Part shown: positions 42,579 to 57,235 of the stretch, in pieces
Layout of the letters: each line of letters opens with the position of its first letter
Position numbering within the stretch: position 1 is the stretch's first letter
NCBI GenBank assembly: GCA_951406725.2
Contig: OX597831.1
Span: 21,948,001 to 22,012,000, forward strand
Length of the DNA: 64,000 bases
DNA from: Octopus vulgaris
Lineage: Eukaryota
Reading direction: 5' to 3'
Translations under genes and position numbers: made by a program
Notes under the pieces: generated by a model
Databases searched by the model: none
What the model was told of the DNA's origin: nothing
What the model saw: only the letters and a program-made list of their open reading frames with translations

Positions 42579-43253
42579 TAATCAATATAGGGTGGCAAAA
42601 AAAATTTTTTAGAATTTTTTTGCCACCAGCGGCCTAGTGGGAAAAAAATTAAATAGTCATAGACCATTTATAAGTTCAACTTCACAATCAAGGAACGGCC
42701 ATAATAGGCCATTCACCCACTAGAAATAACAGCCAAAGCTTTAACCGCAAAATAACATTAATTCCGTAAACCAGGAGAAAATTAAAAAAACATTTACCCT
42801 GTAATTTCTTATACGATGCACCGTTTCATCTACTGTTTAATGGTAAACTAACCTGATTAAATTAAATCAAGCCAATCTTCCATAGGCCCTTAGATTCCTC
42901 AGTAAGAAATAGCCAGAACGGAACAGATATTCTCACGAGGCATTTCCGTCCCTGCCTCGGCAATATCTGACCTAAAATTTTCAAATCATCGCACTCGCGC
43001 CAAATTTATCGGCAGCAAATAAATATAAGCCGCCGATTCCATTACGGAATCAACCAGAAAATTCATAATTAATCAATATAGGGTGGCAAAAAAAATTTTG
43101 TAGAATTTTTTTGCCACCAGCGGCCACCAGCGGCCCAATTTGTTTTTTTAATTTTCTCCTGGTTTACGGAATTAATGTTATTTTGCGGTTAAAGCTTTGG
43201 CTGTTATTTCTAGTGGGTGAATGGCCTATTATGGCCGTTCCTTGATTGTGAAG
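42575..43253 (-). mobile_element. (TA)n-bounded PLE pLTR-type module with direct and inverted repeats
   Basis: Direct repeat 42578-42634 / 43069-43125; inverted repeat ~42678-42790 / 43143-43254; internal hammerhead. Confidence 0.8.
42804..42910 (-). ncRNA. Type I hammerhead ribozyme, canonical core
   Basis: ATTTCTTA-CTGAGGA-ATCTA(long loop)TAGAT-GAAA-CGGTGCATCG-TA-TAAGAAAT; 8-bp stem I, near-palindromic stem III, GUA triplet. Confidence 0.85.
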
Positions 43254-43274
43254 TATATATATATATATATATAT

Positions 43275-43869
<595 letters not shown>

Positions 43870-43949
43870 TTTACCTTACCCTGACGAAAACACTTGAAAC
43901 TAATCTCTTGTTTATTCAACTTTTTTGAAAATATTTGTTTATTATTTCA

Positions 43950-46014
43950 GGTAAACATGGCAAGGGCATCTTACAAATGTGTTGACAATATTCTGTCGAA
44001 TATCTTGCAAATGGATTCATTAAATCTCCACAAAATTCTACCGTGCCTATGTGTCTGCCATGCAAGACTTCGTTCTCTAAAGGAAGTATGCGTTCCTGCA
44101 AACTAAAAACAATATCTGCCGACTGCACATAGAGATAAGAAAGACAATCCACTCGATTTTTTGAAAAGTTTATGTGATGAGTTCAAGGAAGGATGACAGT
44201 GGATCAAATTTTCACTCAAAAAACAGCAAAAGTAGACAAAGGAACGTTGGCTTCTTACAAGATAGCAAATTTAATTGCAAAAGCTGGTAAGCCTCATACC
44301 TTCGGGGAATCTTTGATCATGCGTGTAGTGGCTGTAGTACTTTCAACAGTCATGGATCCGAGTTCACAAGAGGTTACTAATGTTATTCCTCTGATCAACT
44401 CATCAGTATCATGACGGATTGATGAAATGGCAGCTGATGTTGAAAGCCAATTAGTTTCAAAACTTAGGTTAATGAGTTCTCACTTCAAATAGATGAATCA
44501 ACTCTACCTGATAATTCTGCTTTTTTAATGGCATTTGTTAGGTTTCTTAATGTTAATGATGCATGTCAAAATTGCTTTTTGCTTTGAAATTAATGACCGA
44601 TACAGAAGAGGAATCCGTCTTCTAAAAACTTGAGGCCTATTTTGAAGAGAACAACAACATTCCATTGAAGAACATTGTGGCTTGTGCAACAGGTGGTGCT
44701 GCTGCTATGATCGGAAGATATCGAGGATTCAGTGCTTAATTAAAAAAAGCAGTTCCTAATGTGCTTTGTGCATACTGTGTTCTTTATCGATAGCAACTGG
44801 TTGCCAAATGCGTAGCAAGACGTTTGAATGATGCACTTATAAATGTTATCAAAGCTGTGAACTTGATAAAAAAGAATGCACTGCAAGATCGCCTCTTTAA
44901 GCAATTATGTAAAAATAACGACGAGGAATTTGAACGACTTGTATTGCATACTGAAATCAGATGGTTATCCAAGGGTAATTGCCTGCATCGCTTTGTTGCA
45001 CTTTGGGACACTGTTATCTCCTTTTAGAGTGAAACAGAACTTGGAGAGAACTTGTTAATGCAAAGAATGATATTTTTTTTTACTAGTCTGACATACTTGA
45101 AAAGTTTAATGTCCTTAAGAAACAACTTCAAGGAAATAACTCCACTCTGCTTTCTTGCAAAGAGAACATTAAAACCTTCAACGGGAAACTAGAGTTATTC
45201 TGGTTGAATCTTGGAAGACTGGAATTTGCACAGTTTCCTTCGTTAACAAGTATATTCACCGAGCTGCTTGATGGTGACATAACAGTTTTTTATGTTAATC
45301 ATTTGAAGCAGTTACATAATGATATGGAAATTTGTTTCTCTGATCTACTCCAAATGACGGTGCCGCAGTGATTTGTAGATCCCTTCGTTGTTGATTCATC
45401 TGAAATCGATATTGACATATAAGAAAGCTTCATTGAGCTTCATAATAACACAGCAGTTCTAGCAAAGTTTAAGTATGGAGGATACCAGAAGCTGTGAATG
45501 AATGAAGAGATCTCTAAAAAGTGCGCATTACTCTGGAAAAACGTCAAGTCGCTTTTACTCGCTTTTCCCACATCATTTTTTTTTAGCTGAGTCAGGTTTC
45601 AGTCGGGTGATGTATCTGCTGTCAAAGACTCGTAATCGCCTTGACGTAGAAAGAAGAGGAGATTTACGCCTCTCACTGGTGGCTTTGAGACCAAACATTG
45701 ACATGTTGGTAACCTAGCATCAGTCACAGGAATCCCTTTGAAATCAGGCAATATAAACTGAAATTGTTATATTTTTTGCTTTGTAAATGTAAATAAATTT
45801 ATTGAAATGAAATATTTATTCAACTATTTTGTTATTTACAAGTGGGGTGGATGCATGAAGCAAAACTACAACTTTTAATGTTTCTCTTTACTTCTCTTAG
45901 ATGCATTAAGTTGAGGGACAGAGTGGAGATAAAAACTTAAATTAGCATGGGGGCCATAACGTTTTCGCATTGAATTAAAGGGATCCATAGCCAGAATGAA
46001 GTTGAAAAACACTG
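43950..46014 (+). mobile_element. Decayed hAT (Buster/Charlie-like) transposon
   Basis: IAKAGKPHTFGESLI, SLQIDEST, ATGGAAAMIG, LHTEIRWLSKG, AESGFS, LRLSL; right TIR GTTGAAAAACACTG followed by ATATAAGT (central TA). Left TIR not found. Confidence 0.92.
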
Positions 46015-46954
46015 ATATAAGTAATATAACACACAGACAGAAAAACACACAAACACATATACATACATACATGTTTCATAAGTATTACACACAAAAAGGG
46101 CATTCTGATCGAACCCTTCGCGTGTTAACATAGGCCTCCTAAAGAGAAAGTAAACTTCATTTAATCAAGGTACCCTTGTTCTGAGGACTATCCTGCGGTA
46201 TACAACTCACTTGGATAATTACCACTTCTGAGTTTCCGCCCTCTATGAAATATATATATAGTCCGGATTTTATCTATTCCATTTCTTAACTTATGGATTT
46301 CTATTTGCATAACTGGCAACCCTGGCTGCTAACCCTAAATACAAAATGATTTTTTTCTTTCAGCTTTTCGTACTTTGATAAGGGAAAACTTCACAACCTT
46401 CCGCCTCAATAAACAACTACTGTTCCTGAATGTTGTTTTTTTTATATTCTTTACGGATTGCTTGAGGCTCACTTTCTTCCTACACCTCGATCCTTGGATC
46501 TTACATTTATATATATATATAAAGGCTATGGTAGAAGGCACTTGCTCAAGATACCACGCAGTGGAGCTGAACTCGAAACCATGTGGCCGAGATGCAAGCT
46601 TCTTACCACACAGTTGAACCTGCGCCTATTAAAGTATCATGTGTAAGTGAATACCGCGTGATAGGCAAACTTTACTGCGGTGTTCATTCGGAGATAATCT
46701 CTCTTGCGGACGCCCTGTGTTTAGCGATATGCTGACAGTGAGCACACAGAAATGCGTCTAGCGTTTTCCCTCCGGTATATACATATTGTATTTTTGTCAC
46801 AGTACTTCAAAAGATATTACTTCCGCTCGAATACCGCAGTAAATTTTGCCTATCACGATGTATTTGCATTGAATAATTATACATATATGGCTATTTTAAA
46901 TTATACTCCTTCTTTGAATTTAACGGATAAGCTATGTACATTTAAATATATTCG

Positions 46955-47427
46955 TTTCTCCTCTAGGCACAAAGCCGAAATTTTTAGAGAAGGGGCCAGT
47001 CGATTAGATCGACCCCAGTACGCAACTGGTACCTAATTTATCGACCCCGAAAGGATAAAAGACAAAGTCGACCTCGGCGGAATTTGAACTCAGAACGTGG
47101 AGATAGACGAAATATGGCTAAGAATTTCGCCAGGCGTGCTAACGATTCTGCCAGCTCATCGCCTTGGACGTTTAAATATATTATGATAGGATATATAATT
47201 CTTTATTGCCCACAAGGGGCTAAACATAGAGGGGACAAACAAGGACAGACAAACGGATTAAGTCGATTACATCGACCCAGTGCGTATCTGGTACTTAATT
47301 TATCGACTCCGAAAGGATGAAAGGCAAAGTCGACCTCGGCGGAATTTGAACTCAGAACGTAACGGCAGACGAAATACGGCTACGCATTTCGCCCGGCCTG
47401 CTAATGGTTCTGCCAGCTCATCGCCTA
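46955..47427 (-). mobile_element. Two adjacent SINE family B copies with duplicated flanks
   Basis: GGACGTTTAAATATATTATGATAG follows both copies. Confidence 0.82.
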
Positions 47428-47798
47428 GGACGTTTAAATATATTATGATAGAATATATGCTGTTGTGTATTAGTCGAAATTAAGTGATTGTTTAACTTAT
47501 ATACGCATTATATTTGACAAAATTTCTCTTTCAAAAAAAAAAAAAACCGATCACTTTTATTAAATCAACAGCAGTAAAATTATTTCTAATTAAGGCATCG
47601 GGAAAGCGACTTAGAGAGAAAGCTGTTCATCCCGATGCTTGACTAGTAATTTCTTTTATTGACACTGAAAAGATGAAATGCATGGTTGACGCTGGCGGGA
47701 TTTGAACCCAGAATGTAAAGAACCAAACGAAATGCCACAGAGCTGTCTTTTTTTTTCTTTTGTCTTTTTGAGACCCTTCAACTATTCTGTCAAATCAT

Positions 47799-48030
47799 GG
47801 CGGCGAGCTGGCAGACACGTTAGCGCGCCGGGCGGAATGCTTAGCGGTATTTCGTCTGTCGTTACGTTCTGAGTTCAAATTCCGCCGAGGTCGACTTTGC
47901 CTTTCATCCTTTCGGGGTCGATAATTAAAAGTACTAGTTTCGCACTGGGGTCGATGTAATCGACTTAATCCGTTTGTCTGTCCTTGTTTGTCCTCTCTAT
48001 GTTTAGCCCCTTGTGGGCAATAAAGAAATA
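47799..48030 (+). mobile_element. SINE family B, young copy with 16-bp TSD
   Basis: TSD TATTCTGTCAAATCAT at 47783-47798 and 48031-48046. Confidence 0.93.
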
Positions 48031-48505
48031 TATTCTGTCAAATCATTGCTTTTAACAAGCTTTTCTAATTTACATACAAGGCTAGATGGGAAAGTTAATC
48101 GTTTCTTTCGGCCATAGTTCTTGACTGAATTTTATTTTATTGGCGACCCCCAACCCGGAGGATGAACAGCGAGTTTGACCTCGGTGGGATTTGAACTCAG
48201 AATGTAAAAGAAACGAGGAAAAAAGTTCTGCATGGAAATTTATCCGAGGATATAACGACTCTGCCAATCCACTACCCTTATGACTTCCTAGTTTTCATTA
48301 CTAGAGAATTACTATTTGTTCACTGGCTGTATGTTTACAATCTACCATTGATGTTTGAGACGGAGCACATAATGAAATCGCATTAAAGAGATTTGTTGTT
48401 TTTTTTCCTCCATAATTTAAGCCAGCATATCTTGAAATGTTCTGAAGGATTTTACGTTTTGAATTATTAAATATCTGAAGTTACAGTATTCACTTATGAT
48501 ACAGT

Positions 48506-48880
48506 GGATGGAAGCACTCCGTCGGTTACAACGACGAGGGTTCCGGTTGATCCGATCAACGGAACAGCCTGCTCGTGAAATTAACGTGTAAGTGGCTGAG
48601 CATTCCACAGACACGTGTACCCTTAACGTAGTTCTCGGGGATATTCAGCGTGACACAGAGAGTGACAAGGCCGGCCCTTTGAAATACAGGTACAACAGAA
48701 ACAGGAAGTAAGAGTGAGAGAAAGTTGTGGTGAAAGAGTACAGCAGGGATCACCACCATCCCTGTCGGAACTTTAGGTGTTTTCGCTCAATAAACACTCA
48801 CAACGCCCGGTCTGGGAATCGAAACAGCGATCCTACGACCGCGAGTCCGCTGCCCTAACCACTGGGCCATTGCGCCTCCA
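48506..48880 (-). mobile_element. tRNA-derived SINE family C with 11-bp TSD
   Basis: A box TGGCCCAGTGG, B box GTTTCGATTCCC; TSD TATGATACAGT on both sides. Confidence 0.9.
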
Positions 48881-49243
48881 TATGATACAGTAAGATGGCA
48901 CTCGTGAGCGAGTTTGACTTGGTAACATGTACTATGCTTTCGCTAATTGTTTTAGGCGCTTAATTAGTATTTAGTCGCAAGTAGATATAGAAACAGTCTC
49001 GCCCGTCTATGGATAATCTAGTATACGACAGTTGGAAAGTGGGTGTTAATGATTCCCAACATCTCTGGTAGTCATTTACTTCGATGTAAACTGTAACAAA
49101 GTGAAACGAAGTGCCTTTCTCAATTCACTCGCAAAATATTGGTCGATAGAGTATTGTAGTATAAAACATTTGCTCAAAATGCCTCGCAGTGGTACTGAAA
49201 TCGAAACCACGTGGCTGCAAAGCAAAGAGCTTGCTTCTTAACC

Positions 49244-49459
49244 TATTTCTTTACTACCCACAAGGGGCTACACACAGAGGGGACAAAAGGATTAAGTCGA
49301 TTACATTGACCCCAGCCCTTAACTGGTACTTAATTTATCGACCCCGAAAGGATGAAAGGCAAAGTCGACCTCGGCGGAATTTGAACTCAGAACGTAACGG
49401 CAGACCAAATACGGCTACGTATTTCGCCCGGTGTGCTAACGATTCTGCCAGCTCGCCGC
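49244..49459 (-). mobile_element. SINE family B nested in a family A remnant
   Basis: TSD CTTGCTTCTTAACC at 49230-49243 and 49460-49473. Confidence 0.88.
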
Positions 49460-50378
49460 CTTGCTTCTTAACCACGTTAAGCCATGCCTGCTCCATTTGC
49501 TAAACAGAATTACTCGCGTCTTCGTCAATAATTAACTAAGGATATATTCAATTGAGTCCATTTCTGACATTAAGTGAATGGACAACGTTATTGATTGTCT
49601 AAACAGAAGTACATAATTGTTAGTACGTCAGCCTGATGTCAAGGACACATACTCCGAAAACATGATCAAGCACTGAGTTCATTCAAGTGTAGACATTGCA
49701 CAAAAGTTCATTGAACTGTACTGCAACTAACACATTGTCTAAAAGCACCTTAATTTCCATTTGCCTCGAATGTAAGCTTATATTTCCATCACTTCCGTTC
49801 TTCTTTCTCTCTCTCTCTCTCTCTGAAATTCCCTCCAAGAGTACTTTTAATGCTTGAGTAATCTCGTTTCTAACAATTTCCATAGCAGAAACATGTCGCT
49901 TCTACGATAAATGTATTTTCATGTAATCCATTTTCCACTCACGACCTCTCCTCTTCTTCATACCGTATGATTTACTGGTAGTTAACTCGCAAGAAAAATT
50001 TTGCTTCACTTTAAGTTTTCCAGATAAATCTTTTATTTTCCCCCGTATTAGAAAATTTCTTTCAAGCGAATTAATGTGGAACAATTTTTTTCTGCTTTGT
50101 TATTATGTTAGTATTTATAAGTCAACGTTTGTGTCAAGTCAATCTCCTTTAAAAATCGGAAGATTCACTACAGTTTTTGTTTTGTTTTTTGGTATCTTTT
50201 TCTCTGTTTTTTTTTTCTTTTCTTTTCTTTCGAAGATTTTACTTTCGCTGCCATTGTCTTTTGCACTGTTAGCATTTATGTAACATTGCACATGTTGTTA
50301 TAGTTGTTGTTGTTGTTGTTGTTGTTGCTGCTGCTGCTGCCCCTCGTTTTTTGTTTATTGGTTCTATTCGGCAACAAC

Positions 50379-50432
<54 letters not shown>

Positions 50433-50441
50433 ATATATATG

Positions 50442-50473
<32 letters not shown>

Positions 50474-50543
50474 TATATGCATATATGTATATATATGTAT
50501 GTATATATATATATATATATGTATATATATGTATATATATATG

Positions 50544-50604
<61 letters not shown>

Positions 50605-50834
50605 GTGTATGTATGTATATCTATATATGTATATATATATATATATTCTTTTATTCTTTCATTTGTTTCAATCATTTGACTCTAGCCATGATGGAACACC
50701 GCCTTTATGTTTTTATATATATATAAATAATATATATGTATATGTATATACATATATATATATATATAATATAAACACACACTCATATATATATGCATAT
50801 ATATATATAATATATACACACACATAAATATATA

Positions 50835-50881
<47 letters not shown>

Positions 50882-50885
<4 letters not shown>

Positions 50886-51075
50886 GTACAGGACGTCACC
50901 AACTGTAAACAACATGAAGTATGAAAACAAACGAGTTAAATATACAAACAGGAGAAAAAATGGAAAGTAGGAAAAGGAACACAAAGAGCGACCCTTCATC
51001 AGTTGTCGGCTGTATTTCTACTCCTCATTTCGAACATCCAACAACAATATGAGTCTTCGAAGACCGTTGCTCCCA
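50882..51075 (-). repeat. TA-adjacent dispersed repeat (second copy 54850-55036, + strand), probable PLE terminal fragment
   Basis: Shared CGAAAT(G/A)AGGAGTAGAA...CCGACAACTGAT(G/C)AAG...CCTGTACCC ending at (TA)n. Confidence 0.65.
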
Positions 51076-51576
51076 TCATTATCAAAATTAAACTTTGGAT
51101 TTTATGTAGGGTCAAAGTTGGGAACAAAAACAAGACAGTGGAAACATCGAGGGAAACCGAACGAAAACAAGCATTGAAGGCCGTTATATATATACAGAGA
51201 GCGAGAGAGAAAGAGAAAGAAATAGATTGTAAATGCAAATACTTATAAAGATTGTCGGCAGTAAATAAAGGATCTACACTTGCGCGGTAAATTTTGAAAA
51301 ATTAGAATGTATAAGCATATACTGGATTGCCTCGTGTATATATGTTTAATCTAAGGTGCACCTGCTTAAGAAGACTTCGCCTAGCAAATTATTTTAATAG
51401 CTAAATAAAATCTGAAACCATGGTCCAGGATTTAGATGGTAAATGTTTTTATTTTTCATTCCCTTCGAAGTTTTATCCCTATTTGTGGTTTGGAATTTAA
51501 CTGTTCTATCTACCGTGCAAGGAGTCCTATGATTGATGCCGCTTATGTGTTAAAATGTACACTGTATTTATATGTA

Positions 51577-51640
<64 letters not shown>

Positions 51641-51641
51641 T

Positions 51642-52388
51642 GTAATTCCAATCCGTTTCTGCCAGCTCGCCGCCTTATGATTCCGATTCTGTCCCACCAA
51701 ACACACCACATTGCCTTCTTACAGTGGACGCCTTTCAGCATTTCAGGTGAAACACCTGGCGAAACGCAAACCTTTCTTTTGACGTTTTCGAAAAGAAACC
51801 ACGAATCATTCCCAGTGACGGGATTCTTCAGGAACGGAGTTTGCTCATTTCGCTGCAGCAAATCAGTGAAAATTTCGGACAAGTTCAGCCTTGTTGTTAT
51901 CGGAAAGTTCTTCGGGGACCCACGCAGCCAATTTCTATACTTTTTCCGAGCTTTTGAGACGATGAAATATGGACGAATAGTTCCACATTGACGTCTTCGG
52001 CCAACATTCCCATTGTCAAGCTTTCGTCCACTTACATGGCTCACAAAAGTGCCTAGTCGTTGAAACTTGATGGTCGACCTCTTTCTTTTCCATCTGCGAG
52101 GTTTCTTTCGCCCGATTTGAACTTCCTGAAACCATCTTTCAACTTGGCTTTTGCTGATTGTTCCTTCACAAAATAATTCATTGAGATCGCGAAATTAACT
52201 GTGCTGCATTCCACCCTTTCTCGAAGGGGCAAAGCATATTATAACGAATGAGGATATGGTTTTCTATACGCATTTTTATGAAGAATAAGCAACTGTCATT
52301 GAAAGATGTTTTTGTTTAATATTGTTATTGTTTTTGTTGAATAAAATTTGTTGCAAAAAAAGCCGCAATAACTATGCACCAATCCAAT
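51642..52388 (-). mobile_element. Mariner relic (5' TIR and transposase)
   Basis: VTGNDSWFLFEN (cf. VTGDEKW), KKAMWCVWWDRIGII; TIR TTGGATTGGTGCATAGTTATTGCGG preceded by TA. Confidence 0.85.
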
Positions 52389-52956
52389 AGGAGACATTTG
52401 CCCATGGTGCCACGCAGCCGGATTGAACCCGGAACCATTTGGTTGGGAAGCAAGCTTCTTGCAACACATATAGATGTAAGTATACATGGTGAGGAGGGCA
52501 GTCCAAGGGATTTGCTTAATCTACTTTTTATCAAGATCATCTGAAAAACTCCAACTTTTATGTGTGTGTATTTAAAAGAGAGAGTGAGAGAGAGAGAGAG
52601 AGAAAAGAAAAGAAGAAAAAGAAGAAAGGAAAAGTGGACAGAAAGAGGAATGGAAAGAAGGACTGAAAGACAAGGGAGAAGGCAAAAAAGGAGAAGAAGG
52701 AGAGTAAAACTACTTGGCCCCCATTCATCGAATTCGACAGGAGAGAGAGAGAGAGAGACCATCATATGTGTGTATGTGTGTGTGTGTATGCGCGCCTGCG
52801 TGTGTGTATGTGTGGGCGGACGGGCGTATATGTGTACGTGTGTGAATGTGTGTGTGTCACTGTGTTTGTATCCATCTATATACACACACAAATCTCTACA
52901 CATAGATACATTCATACATACACAAACACAAGGACATACATGCATACATAAATACA

Positions 52957-53008
<52 letters not shown>

Positions 53009-53130
53009 CATACATATATTCATATATATGTATGTTATATATATATAAATATATATCCATATATATGTATATATATATTGATATGCATATATATGCGTAT
53101 ATATATATACATATATATAAATGTATATGA

Positions 53131-53169
<39 letters not shown>

Positions 53170-53661
53170 TATATCTCTGTGTGTGTTTATATATAATGAT
53201 ATATATGCGTATATTTGTGTATGTTTGTGTGTATACGTTTTTTGTCTTCCTATTCACGTTTCCGTTTTGTTTTTCTTCGCTCATACATATTAGAATATTC
53301 ACATACACATACATACGCACACATACGCCTTCACACAAACGCATTTACAAAAATATATCCCCTGACACTGACGCAATCTGATGAATAACTAAAATACATT
53401 AGAACACAAGAGGGACAGCAAAATGGATTTTAAAAAACATGAAAGACAGATATATGTTGAAATAATGCACTATGGAAATGAACTTAGCTCTATTAAAGTT
53501 TGATAAAGGAAACTTTGAAATATCTTATGAATCTTCAAAGAGAATTATTACTGTAAAAAGGGTATATAGATCATAAAAATGGCGATATACACAATAAATT
53601 TTTTCTCTGAAGAATTGTATTTTTACAAATCCATTGTAAAAAATATGATAAAAATGATAAA

Positions 53662-53711
<50 letters not shown>

Positions 53712-53799
53712 TACATATATATATATATATAAATATATATATATATAATGAACATATTTATATATATTATACATATGCATATATATGTGTGTTTGTGTA

Positions 53800-54310
53800 C
53801 AACACGCATTTGAGAAGTTCAGACTTTTTCAAGAGATATAATTATTAATTTCGAAGAAGTACAAAATTCTAATCTCCATGAGTGCATGAGCCACTGGTTT
53901 CACTGCTTCACAGTACATGTTTTAGCGCTCCAGGATCTTCCGGAAGGTCCCATCGACTTTTTTCCAAAATGGTGTCCATGGGTTTTGTGACCGCCACCTT
54001 CATCTTCTGTGACAAATAAAAGTCACAAGGTGCATGGTCTGGAACGTATTCAAAGTGAGGGTCAGTCTTGATGCCTATTTCTGTCAAGTAGTTGTTTACG
54101 AGGTTGGGACTATGGACTGACTGGTACATAGTCCTGATCTTTGTGAATAAATGTCTTCCTGAACTTCCTCAAAACTTCCACTAAGTAACCTTTGTTGATA
54201 GTTTGGTCAGAGTAAACCCGGTAGTTGTATATGATACCCTTACTGTCAAAAACGGGGGTCATCATCAGCTTCTCAGTGGACTTGCTTTGCCTGGCCTCTT
54301 GTTCCAAACA
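53800..54310 (-). mobile_element. Mariner-like transposase C-terminal relic
   Basis: KLMMTPVFDSKGII, TINKGYLVEVL, PHFEYVPDHAPCDFYL. Confidence 0.8.
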
Positions 54311-54786
54311 AAAAACCAGATGTTCTGCCCATCCTCCTTAACTCATAAGCAGTATTTAGAAGGGTGTGTTTAAACTGTTGTTGCTGCCGTCTCTTTCGAG
54401 CTGGAATAACAACGTTTGGCAGGTCAGCTTATTAGATTCTAGTAAAGATATGCTAAAATTACAATTATTTACGACTTTAAAAACCTCTCAAAATTCCCGG
54501 AGAAAACCTAATATGCAAATTAGAAATTCCTATTTTCTGTAGCTACTGTAATTGTTGAGCACATGAATAAATTCGCTGGCTGTTTCTTTGGTACTGGTCA
54601 AATTGATTTGAAAGTCGATTAAGGTTACTCATCATTTTCTCAATCGAACCAAAAATAGCCAAATTTGCCCTGTTCACACACAGAGACATATATATATAAA
54701 TGTGTGTGTGAGTACTCAAATTAGTAGCTGATAAATATATATATATTTATATTTATAAATATAAATATATATATATATTTATATTT

Positions 54787-54834
<48 letters not shown>

Positions 54835-55284
54835 TTACTTGGAAATAGATGCGTATGCTTTCAAAGCCTTATATTGTCGTTCATTGCTCGAAATAAGGAG
54901 TAGAAGGACTGCCGACAACTGATCAAGTGTTGTTCTTTAGGTTACTTGTCTTGTTTTCCATTTGTTTCTCTTGTTGTCTGCGTACCCTACTTTATTAATT
55001 TCATGTTGTTTACGTTTTGTGAGGCCCTGTACCCATATATGCATATATATATATATATACATATATATTCATGTACATATATGTATCTATGTATATATAT
55101 ATACATATATTGTTTATATATTATATTATAAAATAAGAGGGGGGAAAATTACATCAAAAAATCATCACAGAAGATATACGTCCAAAATTATATTGTATCA
55201 ATAGATATAGTATAAATATATATGAAGTATTATTATTTAAAAGGTTTAAATGTTTAAAATTTCTTACGATATTATCGATATATA

Positions 55285-55340
<56 letters not shown>

Positions 55341-55564
55341 GCACACACCTATATATATATTGGCCAATATCTGTATCTTTCATCTCATTAATTTTTCACC
55401 ACTTTTGCAATACGTATTTGAATCTTTATAAAAAACATTATATTTGACTTCGTTTGTAAGACTTACGAAGAAATGTGGCTTAGTGGTTATGAGTATTCGG
55501 CTCCCGATCGTAAGATCATGAGTTCAATTACCGGCAGCACGTTGTGTCCTTGAGCAAGACAGTT

Positions 55565-55635
<71 letters not shown>

Positions 55636-55660
55636 ATATATATATATATAATATATATAT

Positions 55661-55722
<62 letters not shown>

Positions 55723-55723
<1 letters not shown>

Positions 55724-56114
55724 TGGGGTGAAATATAATTAATTTAATAAAATCAACAAATTTCACCTAGTATTATTTCGGTATGGAAAAGGACCATATT
55801 CGGTAAAAATTTATATAATTATAATAATAAGGGATTTTTGTAACAAGCTGCTTAACCACATACCGAAAATTTTAGAAATAGCAGTCAAAAGACTACTATT
55901 TCCTTTTACTACAAAAATAAGTCTCCACAATTAACCGAAGACTGTGTGTTTTCATTATTTTTCTTCTTTTTTTGCCATATATGAGTTACAAATATTGTTG
56001 TTTGTGGAGACCTATTTTTGTAATAAAAGGAAATAGTAGTCTTTTGACTGCTATTTCTAAAATTTTCGGTATGTGGTTAAGCAACTTGTTGCAAAAAAAC
56101 CCTTATTATTATAA
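55723..56114. mobile_element. Microsatellite-bounded fold-back module (arms ~55820-55930 / 56002-56114)
   Basis: ~110-bp inverted arms; same architecture as the hammerhead-bearing modules, but no complete core seen. Confidence 0.75.
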
Positions 56115-56115
56115 G

Positions 56116-56147
<32 letters not shown>

Positions 56148-56724
56148 TATACACCAGTCGTCGTCGACTTACAACCACAAGCTATTTGGTTGAGTAAGAA
56201 GATACTTCAAACAAGATGTTGGCTGTTATTAGGTAGACCAATGCTTATGGGACAGGGAAAGTCTTATCATATAGTAGTACATTTACCTACTATAAAATCA
56301 ATGTTGTTATTTGTAAATACACAGATAAATTTTAGAGTTAATCTAAAGAATTCTAAGAAGAATATTTATGAATACTTTCAATATATATCAAAATTTCACA
56401 CAATAGATAGACAGAAAATAAAGAAATAGTTCAATATTTAAATATTTAAATACTAACTTTACATATATTTTTAATTATTGATTAAATGGTATTTAGTGGT
56501 ATTAATAAAGGAAAATTATTTTTGAAACTGACCCCCCACCCCATAATTAAATCTAAATAACAGAAATGATCAGTGAAAAGCAATGTCTTATTTTGAAAAC
56601 TTTCAGTTACAACTCTGATGTTGTTGTTAAAACAGGTTCTTTGTCTATTTCCTTATCTTCTTAGTGATTTTGGATAAAATTATACTAATGAGTTCTTCGA
56701 ATTTAATTAAATTCTATATTTTTG

Positions 56725-56811
56725 TGCAGCTGAAGATTGCTCTACATTTTAAATTCATGTAATGTTTTCATTGTTCAATTAAATGGAGTCGCATTAAACG
56801 ATCGTACTGCA
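56725..56811 (+). ncRNA. Decayed type I hammerhead motif (G12->T)
   Basis: TGCAG-CTGAAGA-TTGCTCTA...TGGAGTCGCAT-tAAA-CGATCG-TA-CTGCA; a related copy at 57910-57995 (-) retains GAAAC. Confidence 0.55.
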
Positions 56812-57099
56812 TTACCTGTGGACATCCTTGTTGCTTATTTTGATTATATATATATATAATCAAACAATGCTTCATGTAAACTTATATATACATATAATCG
56901 CTCTACTGTACTTTTGTTCTTGATCTTTCTTCTGATGAAGGACAGACATCCAAGACGTCGACTCGTTATTTTCTTTAAGCGTTAAACTAAATGCGTGTTT
57001 GAAAAATTGCCCTTTCTTAGTTACTATCTTTTTGCATCCATATACTTTATGAGGCATACACACACACACACTTGCATACAATGCACGTACGTGTATAAC

Positions 57100-57142
<43 letters not shown>

Positions 57143-57171
57143 TTCATATATATATATATATACATACATAC

Positions 57172-57235
<64 letters not shown>

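Noticed and set aside
48805-48880. tRNA gene
   Set aside because: The tRNA-like head continues into a SINE body with TSD, and a second diverged copy exists at ~38930-38999.
52325-53344. 339-aa ORF and similar YI/CV/HT-rich ORFs throughout the window
   Set aside because: Read-through of microsatellites and SINE fragments.
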